Origin: Candidatus Methanomethylicia archaeon
GTDB taxonomy: Archaea > Thermoproteota > Methanomethylicia > Culexarchaeales > Culexarchaeaceae
Direction of reading: 5' to 3'
Assembly: GCA_038727515.1 (NCBI GenBank)
Contig: JAVYVS010000001.1
Location: 288,001 to 352,000 of the forward strand
Length of the DNA stretch: 64,000 nt
Shown piece after piece: positions 10,799 to 18,722 of the stretch. A program made the translations under genes and the position numbers. The notes under the pieces were generated by a model, which was given only the letters and a program-made list of their open reading frames with translations, ran no database searches and had not been told where the DNA came from. Each line of letters opens with the position of its first letter. The first letter of the stretch is position 1.

Positions 10799-11029
10799 TT
10801 GGGTAGGTATGTGACGGTTTCAGCTAAAATTGATGTGGAACTTAGGAGGAAGCTTGCTGAATTGGGTATAAAGCCGTCAGAGGTTATTAGGAGGGCCCTT
10901 GAAAGGGAGGTTGAGGAGAGAATGAGACGGCAGCTCTATGAGAAGGTTGGGAGGGCAAGTGAAATAATAATGAGGGTTGGAAGGGATTCATGGGTTAAAG
11001 CTATAAGAGAGAGTAGGGATCAGAGATGA
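10799..11029 (+). CDS. Ribbon-helix-helix antitoxin (VapB)
   Basis: YVTVSAKIDVELRRKL...PSEVIRRALE...IRESRD. TTG start at 10799 after GGTGG; ATGA overlap with vapC. Confidence 0.8.
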   Translation: MGRYVTVSAKIDVELRRKLAELGIKPSEVIRRALEREVEERMRRQLYEKVGRASEIIMRVGRDSWVKAIRESRDQR

Positions 11030-11412
11030 GTCTCTTCGACTCTTCAGCTATAATAAACCTTTGTGGGGAAGGGGAAATAGATAAATTATTTGGGGGATTT
11101 ACATTAAACCTTGCATTTTACGAGCTTGGAAACGCTGTTTGGAAGCATGTTCACATTTATAAAACTATTACTATGGATGAAGCCATTATAATATTGGATT
11201 CTCTAATAGAGGTTTTTAAAAGGTTGAAGAGGTTGGAGGCGGAAGATGCTTTGGAAATATTGAAAATAGCTGTGAATGAGGGTTTAACTTATTATGATGC
11301 CTCCTATATTTATGCAGCAATTAAAAACAGTTTAACACTAGTTACAGATGATCAGCAGCTTTATGATATAAGCAAAAAATATGTTAAGACCGTAACAAGT
11401 AAAGAAATTTAA
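11026..11412 (+). CDS. vapC: PIN-domain toxin VapC
   Basis: FDSSA, YELGNAVWK, LTYYDASY, LVTDD. Confidence 0.88.
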   Translation: MSLFDSSAIINLCGEGEIDKLFGGFTLNLAFYELGNAVWKHVHIYKTITMDEAIIILDSLIEVFKRLKRLEAEDALEILKIAVNEGLTYYDASYIYAAIKNSLTLVTDDQQLYDISKKYVKTVTSKEI

Positions 11413-11414
11413 CA

Positions 11415-11981
11415 AAATATTTTTCAGAAACCTTTGTGTTTGCTGCATTATACTCGTTTGTTCCAGCATTGGCTATTAGACTCATGCTTTCTGAAGTGGA
11501 AATTGCCATGTTTTTCACGGCTGAGGCAATAGTTTTTACCTTAACGAATGTGATTGTGGGTATATTATCCGATAAGATTGGTAGAAAACCTATTATGATA
11601 ATAGGTTTAGCATGTAGTTCAATCAACCTTATTGCATTCTTTTTTGCAGTGGATTTCTGGCAGATCCTATTTTTAATGGCTCTTTATGGATTTGGAAGTT
11701 CATGCGTCTACATTATGAGTTCAACGATGGCTGTAGATATATTGCCAGAGGAGGATGTTATTTGGGTTTTGATGGATTTGGGTTTGGTTGCTGGCTCTTC
11801 CATTTGCTTCTCATTTTTATCGGTCTCTGGATTGCCTGTTAATTATGTTTTCTTGGTGATGGCTGTCCCCTCAATAATGGCTTTGGGCTTCATTTTTGGC
11901 TTTAGGTTTTTCATGATGTGTTTGTGGTTTAGGTTATGTATTGTAGTATGTAGTTGGTTGATGTGGTTAGGGTTGTTGTGA
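11415..11981 (+). pseudogene. MFS transporter fragment (one half only)
   Basis: Motif A GILSDKIGRK is present but there are only about 6 TMs. The frame begins right at the vapC stop and its 3' end runs into the convergent gene. Confidence 0.65.
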
Positions 11982-12807
11982 GTAGGATTATTCCCAAGAT
12001 TTTTTCTGGGATGTGTTTTTGGAGTTTTGCTCCTAGGTATGTTCCGAGGATTCCGCCTATTCCTAGTGTTAGGCCAATGTTCCAGTTTGGTGGGTAGCCT
12101 GTGATGTGGTAGTTGATTAGTGTGAATGTGGATGTTGTTAGTGTTGTGAGGAGTGTTGCTCCTGCGGTTGTGTGTATGGGTAGATGGAATATGCTTATTA
12201 GTATTGGTGATATTATTGCTGCTCCACCTATACCGTAAATTCCCCCTATGACTCCGGTTGATATTGAGATTAGGGTTAGGGGGATTGTTGGGATGGAGTA
12301 TATGTTCCCCATAAATTCGTATTCCACTCTTCTTAATCCAATTCTCCTTGTTTTTATGGTTGCATCCCCAATTAAACTTGTGTTTTTTGGGTTTCTTGAT
12401 TTAAGGGTGTAGTAGCCTATTCTGAGGCTGAGGGAGAGTAGTATTAAGCCTACGAGGAATTTGAAGAGTTTAGGGTCTAGGAGGAATCTTGTTCTTATGT
12501 ATACTCCTATGTAGGCTCCTGGTATGGGGGTTAAAGCTATTATGGTGGCGAGGGGCCAATTCATCCTTTTCTCACGTATATACCTATATACTCCACTTGG
12601 AGTGGCAATTAAATTGTAGATGAGATTAGTGGAGTTGGCTACTGGAGATGTTAAACCAAAAACACTTATTTGTAGGGGTAGAAGTAGGAAGGCTCCACTT
12701 ACACCTATAGGAGATGAAATTAAAGCTATGAGGAAGGATGTGGATAAAGCTGTAATGTAAAGCCACATACACACTAAATAGAAGGCAAAGAAACTTAAAC
12801 ATTTCAT
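11929..12807 (-). CDS. Sulfite exporter TauE/SafE family protein
   Basis: GVSGAFLLLP, STNLIYN, GIYGIGGAAIISP, LGTYLGAKLQ. Confidence 0.88.
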   Translation of the reverse strand: MKCLSFFAFYLVCMWLYITALSTSFLIALISSPIGVSGAFLLLPLQISVFGLTSPVANSTNLIYNLIATPSGVYRYIREKRMNWPLATIIALTPIPGAYIGVYIRTRFLLDPKLFKFLVGLILLSLSLRIGYYTLKSRNPKNTSLIGDATIKTRRIGLRRVEYEFMGNIYSIPTIPLTLISISTGVIGGIYGIGGAAIISPILISIFHLPIHTTAGATLLTTLTTSTFTLINYHITGYPPNWNIGLTLGIGGILGTYLGAKLQKHIPEKILGIILLTTTLTTSTNYILQYIT

Positions 12808-12835
12808 TTCAACAAAACCTATAAATAGTTTAAAT

Positions 12836-13171
12836 CTATTTCAGTGTAATTATATGTTTTAACTCACACAAGTTTGTAGTTGTCATTGATATTGGAATAG
12901 GTTTCTTTTTAATAAATCTTACAATTAAAGGCACCAAATAAATCAGCAATTCAAATATGTCAACCAATCCAGAAGTATACATAGCCCATAAGCCAACCAA
13001 TACAGTAACCAGTCGCCCAAAACCGCATCGCAAAACTATGAACACTGTAAAAATGATGTTCAAGGCATGGAACAGTAATACAAAAGAGGAAGAAAGCATT
13101 CCGACACTGGCAAAGGATGATAAAATTATTGATATTGCAAAACCAGTATTAGGCATATTAGACTCATTCAT
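12836..13171 (-). CDS. Hypothetical small membrane protein, possibly degraded
   Basis: Hydrophobic 111-aa ORF with no recognised motif. Confidence 0.3.
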   Translation of the reverse strand: MNESNMPNTGFAISIILSSFASVGMLSSSFVLLFHALNIIFTVFIVLRCGFGRLVTVLVGLWAMYTSGLVDIFELLIYLVPLIVRFIKKKPIPISMTTTNLCELKHIITLK

Positions 13172-13371
13172 TCAAGTAGCTTAACTTAAATTTTTCTAAT
13201 CTAGACCCTTAAAGCTACACATATATATGTGAACCCTAGTATAGACAAAATCCATGTTTTTGGTTTAATTTTATATTAACTTAGGGAGATAGATATTTCG
13301 GTGAACACCTACTTTTTATTTGTCCAAGCTTACTGCAGCTGTGGGATGTAAATGTCAAGTGTTTAGTATCA

Positions 13372-13917
13372 TCAAGTTTTTAAGATAGATTCTCGTAATA
13401 GGCTTAGGTAATTCGCCATGGTGTACTTCATTCCACAATATTCACATTCCACTAGCTCTGCTGAAACAATTTTTAATTTTGCTCCACAGTTTGTGCATTG
13501 AAGCGGCTGTATGAATTTTACAACTGAACTTTTTATGATAGGCTGCTTTTCACTCGTTGCCATTGATTTCTGTTGTTGTTCTTCAATGATGTTGTTTGCC
13601 AACTCTTCTATTTTGTTGTTCAAAAGTTTTTGCAACTCATCTATCTGTTTGAGATAATTTGATATTTTATTGCTTCCCTCATTTTTTCTTAAACTTTTGA
13701 CTATTCGAAACATGAGGTTGCTTTGTTTTGTTTTCTCTATCATAAACATCTGCTTAATTATAATTAGTTGCCTTAAGGTTTGAGCTATAGATGTCAGAGC
13801 CTGTTTTTGAAAGAATGTTAAGTCATCTTCCGAAATTTTGGCACCTAATATTTTGCTGATTTGATCTAACACTTGAGCCTTTGCGTCTTCTAGCCTCAAT
13901 TTAATCTTCCCTTTCAA
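13372..13917 (-). CDS. Hypothetical helical protein with C-terminal zinc ribbon
   Basis: CTNCGAKL...VECEYCG; ATGA overlap with the upstream PH-domain gene. Confidence 0.7.
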   Translation of the reverse strand: MKGKIKLRLEDAKAQVLDQISKILGAKISEDDLTFFQKQALTSIAQTLRQLIIIKQMFMIEKTKQSNLMFRIVKSLRKNEGSNKISNYLKQIDELQKLLNNKIEELANNIIEEQQQKSMATSEKQPIIKSSVVKFIQPLQCTNCGAKLKIVSAELVECEYCGMKYTMANYLSLLRESILKT

Positions 13918-14231
13918 ATGAATTGTATGATTTGCTGATATAACGCTTTAATCTCAGAGGGGGTTCCTTCAAGTTGTAGAACTGTTTTACCATGAACTTC
14001 TAAAATTCCGGTCTTGCCGATTACACCTCGCTCCTTATATTTTACCCCCTGTAATTCATCCAACTTAATTGAAACTAAATCATCACTTTTGAACACCAAT
14101 CCGCGCCTCGCATAAAGTAGAAGTCGCTTATTGGTCACAAGCAACTCATACATTTTCCCGCCATATTTAATGCTTTGATTGCTGTGAAAACGAATTTCTT
14201 CTCCAGGAAGAAGATAATCTTCAAGTGGCAT
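13914..14231 (-). CDS. Prokaryotic PH-domain protein
   Basis: LLPGEEI, LLVTNKRLLLY, SIKLDELQGV pattern and C-terminal helix. Confidence 0.75.
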   Translation of the reverse strand: MPLEDYLLPGEEIRFHSNQSIKYGGKMYELLVTNKRLLLYARRGLVFKSDDLVSIKLDELQGVKYKERGVIGKTGILEVHGKTVLQLEGTPSEIKALYQQIIQFI

Positions 14232-14423
14232 AATATCTCAAAAATTATAGTGAGATTTCAGAACTTAAAAAACTTGTGCTTTTAGATGCAGAAGTTAAAT
14301 ATATGTTTAAGCTTTACACTGCGGATGCAATTTAAAGATTTGCTTAAGAAGATTGTGGAGTGAGTGATGTGTTGATGTGTGGGCGATTAAATGGCGTTTT
14401 TCTATTGAAGGTAAGATATTTAA

Positions 14424-14768
14424 ATGTTGTTATCATATAGTGTTATCGAGTGGATATTTATGGAGCTGTTTGAAGCGTTAGTTATATCTTTCATTAACAC
14501 GGTGATAGTCCTCGCTCTACATGGAATTAAAGTTAAGACGAGGGGGGGCATTGAGGTTTATGGTCCATTTTCATATGAGTTGGATGAGTCTGGTGTTTTG
14601 AAGGAAGTTCAAGCTCAGCATGTTCCCATCGAGTTTGCGGATATGCTTCGGGAAAAGATATTAAGCGAAATTAAACAGTCTAAGACAACTATGAGTAGGA
14701 AGCTTGCAATCGCCATTTTCGCTTTAACGATCTTCATAATACAACTAGTAATCTTACTCAGTATATAG
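14424..14768 (+). CDS. Hypothetical two-TM membrane protein
   Basis: Hydrophobic termini around a soluble loop; a plausible start is MELFE at about 14460. Confidence 0.5.
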   Translation: MLLSYSVIEWIFMELFEALVISFINTVIVLALHGIKVKTRGGIEVYGPFSYELDESGVLKEVQAQHVPIEFADMLREKILSEIKQSKTTMSRKLAIAIFALTIFIIQLVILLSI

Positions 14769-15426
14769 TTTGCGTGATTCTAGATGGTGGATTGCATCCA
14801 TTGGCTACTCATCTTCTGATTGTTCCAGTTTGGTTTTCTAACAGTTTTCTCGTTACTTATTGATATCTCTTTATGATTGGCGTTTGATTTTGTTTGTTGT
14901 TATGGGGGGCATGTGGGCTTGTTAAAGCTCGTCGAAGGAAGGAGGGGATCTTGGTTTATTTTGCTTATCCTCAATCAGACTGTTTTGGGGTTTTCTTTTA
15001 GGCGCTATTTTTGTAATTAGTATTGTTATGTTGTTGAAGGTGGTTAAACTTCGGGTGCGAGAGCTGCAGGGGTAGATCTATCGATTCTGTTGGGGGTATG
15101 GAGGGCTATATGCATCTACTTTCTCTTTATGTGAATGCTCATTGGGGTGGTCTTCTGCGCGCGTTAAGGGTTGCTGTTAAGTGCGATTCTAGGCTTGGCG
15201 AGTTTATGGGCGGGTTAGGCGTCGGCGTAGCAATACCATTTAGTATTATGGCTGAGCAGTTATGAGGGGCAAGATTACAGAGGGAGGGTGCCAGCATCAT
15301 GACAATTGAAAAGCTCATCCCACGTTTGATAGGTTAAATTAGGCCTTTGATGGGATGGATCCATGCTTTCTTCCCCCAAATATTTTCCGTTAAGTCTAAG
15401 AACTTGTAGATAAGTGGTTTTACTGT

Positions 15427-16140
15427 TTAGATCTTTCCCCTTTTCTTCTTAGTTTTGTTTATGGTTTTCCATATGGTTTCTGTTAACTGTTTTATTGTGG
15501 GTAGATCTTCTATGTCTTCCACGTTTATGTTAATGTTTATGCTTTGCTCAAATTCTTCATCTACAACTTCTATCTCCACTTCTCCAGGTATGTGTAATTC
15601 TTCATCTTGAGAGAATGTTTCCTCCAGTTTTTCAGCGATTTCATGTATATTTTTCAGTATCCATTTAACGTTTAGGTTGTCATGGTATTCAGGGTGGAAA
15701 AATGCGGTCATATAAGCGCTTCTCCCCTCAATCCAAAGGGCAAATTGATCTATTAAGTTTTCCCTATTCCAACCCGTGCTTTCAAATTGTAGGAAATGTT
15801 TGTTTTCAAACATGTTGAACTGTAAATCTTCAATTACAAAATCTCCAGTAGCTTCTAATCTCTCTAGTAAAGCCTTTATATCGCTTAGGAAGACTGTGAA
15901 TCCACATTTAAAGGTTTGTCTCATTACAGTGGAAAACTGTGAGTTCACATCCATTTCTTTCGGCATTTCACCCATAACGTTAACCATTGATTTTACGAGT
16001 GATGAACTTAATTCCACAAGTAAAGCTTTGAGTACGCCTTCAATGGCTTCCTCCACTTTTAAACCTAATTCTCTGGCTATTCGTATGAGATCATCATAAT
16101 TGGATTCCTCAAGTTATAATTCAAATTTTATAGATGGCAT
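15427..16140 (-). pseudogene. Hypothetical protein with RHH-like N-terminus interrupted by an in-frame TAA
   Basis: ATG at 16140 is in frame with ORF 15427-16056: MPSIKFEL*LEESNYDDLIRIARELGLKVEEAIE, with TAA at 16116-16114. Confidence 0.55.
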
Positions 16141-16850
16141 AACATTACATTATGAGGATATTAGTATTAATAGTTTTCCAACCTGTAGAAAAGTGGTGTA
16201 CCACTAAAAGAACTCTTTCAATTTAAACTTGCCGTTAAGTTTAGGTTGCATAGTTTAATTGAATTTAACGTTTAGGATGTGTAGATCTGCCATTACTTTA
16301 TGTGGCAAGTGCAGACGTAATTACTAGTATATGTTATTGGATATTAGAGGTTTCTGTTTCAGGGTTTCTTGGAATTCTGATTATTGGAGGAGGCTTATTC
16401 CGAAAAAGTTGATAAGCTTCGCTTATTTGGATGTGAATCAACCATTGGAGGGGGCATCTACTGTCTGTACTTTCTTTTAATTTTAATGGGATAATTCTAG
16501 GTGTGATAGAGGTTGTGTGAATCAGCTTGCTGAGTTTGAGATTTCATCCAGAGGATTGGGGTTATTGGGGAATTCTATGAGTTTCCCTTTAAAGCTTTAA
16601 GATATCTGTTTGATGAGGTATTTATGTGGGGGCAGCAGCGGTGATGGATGTCAGATTATAGATCAATATGATACAACAATAAAGGGGGTGAAGGTATTTA
16701 TAGGCTTAAGCTGGCAACACGTCTTTCAGCTGGGGATTTAACATAAATTTACCTCTCCATATTTCGAGGAGTTTGGGAAGTGTCATTATGTTAAAGAAGA
16801 GTTGAAAAGGTGGTGTCCATCTAAATTTATGCTGGTGTAAATATGTTGAG

Positions 16851-16930
16851 GAGAGGCGATGCGCCGCCCAAGCCTGTGGGCGGTGCAGAGCCCCCGGCAA
16901 CTGCACACAAATAGGTTTTGGGCGGCCATA
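16851..16930 (+). ncRNA. Candidate structured small RNA (GC-rich island)
   Basis: GCCGCCCAA (16863-71) pairs with TTGGGCGGC (16918-26); inner stem GTGCAG/CTGCAC. G-U wobbles favour the + strand. TATA-like TTTATG about 25 nt upstream. Confidence 0.45.
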
Positions 16931-17129
16931 GACTTAATTGCAAGTTGTTGTGGTTGACCTGTTGATTTTGTTGGGGTTTTTGTGTATTGAACGTTGTGGG
17001 TTGGGTTTACGGTTTTAAGTTTATATGGCTATATAGGGTGTGTTTAGTTTTGATAAATATTGATGTGATGTGAAAGTTTACTTTATGTTATAGGCGTTAC
17101 AAATAGGAGAGTCTATTGTAGTGTAAAGT

Positions 17130-17395
17130 ATTTTAAATCTCAGGTTTAGGCTATGAGTTTATTTCTCCTCAATAAATTTACCTCTGTTTTAAAGGGTTTT
17201 CATAAACTATTATCGTTGATGTAACGATCCTATTTAAAGGCTCTTATTATTTCTTCATCTTTAGGTTCTCCAATAATTTTCTCTTCTTCGATTTCACTCT
17301 CTATAGCATTCCTAATAAATTCACTCTGATTTATCTTAATCTGTTCCATCATCTTTTTGATTTCCCTCGTTTACTCTAATAGTGATTATTGGCAT
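17130..17395 (-). pseudogene. Decayed vapBC module
   Basis: MPIITIRVNE, a frameshift, then EIKKMMEQIKINQSEFIRNAIE (17395-17230), followed by the PIN-like relic IVTSTIIVYE. Confidence 0.6.
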
Positions 17396-17522
17396 ACCTG
17401 TATCACAGGGAACATGAGAATAACATGAGAATACAAACCTTACAATTAGTTTTATAATGATGTTTATAAAAATTTTAAAAAATACCTTATATAATCTCTA
17501 ATACTAATTTTAGTGTGATGTC

Positions 17523-18599
17523 ATGACATTTAATGTGGAAACTATTTTTGCTGGATCAAGGAAAACTTATGGAGTTTGGGAATTGGAATCTAGAGGTAAA
17601 GGTATGGTTATAAGATATTGGGGTTGCAATTTGAAATGCCCTTTATGTTTTGCTCAATCATATGCGTATAGGGGGGAAAGAAAAAGTAGATTTCCACTTA
17701 AAGTTTCTTTAAATGAAGTATTGAGACAAGTAGGTGCAGAAGAAGCTAGAGACATTTTATGGTGTAGAATTGAGGGAGGTGAACCTCTTCAAAGTTTTCA
17801 ACACATGATTATGACAGTTAAACTTGCCATAGGTATTTTAAATTTAATGAAGAAATCTATCAGGGTTATTATTCAAACTAATGGTATATGGTTAGGTAAG
17901 GATGAAAATAATATTATCGAATTTTGTAGATTATTGAAGGAAGAAATTTCTAAAACTAATTTAAGGATTAATGGGAGAATTGCTGTTGAAATATCTTTTA
18001 AGGGACCTAATCTACTTGCAGCCAAAATCTATTCTGGGAAATTTGATGTTGATATTTTAAATCTTCAAATAAAAGCATTTACTAACTTAATTAAAAATGT
18101 AAGGGAAGATTTTTGGAATAAAGAGAATTATATTGTTGCTGTATATCCTGTAGCTGGTTTCGGACCGGACCTCGAAAAATTTACATTCATACCATTAGAC
18201 CCAGAAAATAAAGATTATCCTCTATTTCACCCTAAGACGTGGGATCAAAAGTATAGTGATCACATCATCAATTTCTTTAAAGAGGTGATGAATGAATATT
18301 CAGAGGTTTACTATTTATATAAGTCAAGATATGGAAACAGAATAGCAATGTATGGACTTGAGCCGAGGAATTGGCAAAAGACATGGACAACAAAAATAAA
18401 AGTGGACAACTATCTTAAACAATTTGTTTTAAATTACATTAGGATCAATGCTGGAGAGAAATTGTTTAACATGTTTAGAAAAGATTTTATAGATATACTT
18501 GATGAAATAAACGCTACAGATGAATTAATGGGAAAAGTTTATGAAATATGTAAATTCTATGCATGTCCGGAACCTTTAAAACATTATCCTTATATATGA
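17523..18599 (+). CDS. Radical SAM protein, function unknown
   Basis: GCNLKCPLCF (CxxxCxxC), RIEGGEP, QTNG, EISFKG. Confidence 0.85.
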   Translation: MTFNVETIFAGSRKTYGVWELESRGKGMVIRYWGCNLKCPLCFAQSYAYRGERKSRFPLKVSLNEVLRQVGAEEARDILWCRIEGGEPLQSFQHMIMTVKLAIGILNLMKKSIRVIIQTNGIWLGKDENNIIEFCRLLKEEISKTNLRINGRIAVEISFKGPNLLAAKIYSGKFDVDILNLQIKAFTNLIKNVREDFWNKENYIVAVYPVAGFGPDLEKFTFIPLDPENKDYPLFHPKTWDQKYSDHIINFFKEVMNEYSEVYYLYKSRYGNRIAMYGLEPRNWQKTWTTKIKVDNYLKQFVLNYIRINAGEKLFNMFRKDFIDILDEINATDELMGKVYEICKFYACPEPLKHYPYI

Positions 18600-18722
18600 A
18601 AGAACATTTAGAAGTTAAGTTAAATTTAATAATGAGAAACTTCATGATGAATATTTACATAAATTTGAAGTAATTTACCCAAATTATTCTATTGATGGAA
18701 AAAAGGATATGGATAAGTGGTT

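Noticed and set aside
16114-16116. In-frame stop as selenocysteine or pyrrolysine recoding
   Set aside because: The codon is TAA, not TGA or TAG.
16851-16935. GC island as 5S rRNA, tRNA, fluoride riboswitch or C/D sRNA
   Set aside because: GGCGGCCATAG and GGCGATG resemble the 5' ends of 5S rRNA and the fluoride riboswitch, but the downstream conserved parts are missing. There is no T-loop or cloverleaf and no C/D box pair.
17523-18599. Radical SAM gene as a prokaryotic viperin or QueE
   Set aside because: Viperin-type motifs around the Cys triad and GGEP are not evident, and no queuosine or deazaguanine genes are nearby.
12836-18600. Accessory region as an integron cassette array, provirus or IS cluster
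   Set aside because: No integrase, transposase, viral structural gene, repeated attC-like site or flanking direct repeat was found. The weak similarity between about 13326 and 14310 is too short to support.
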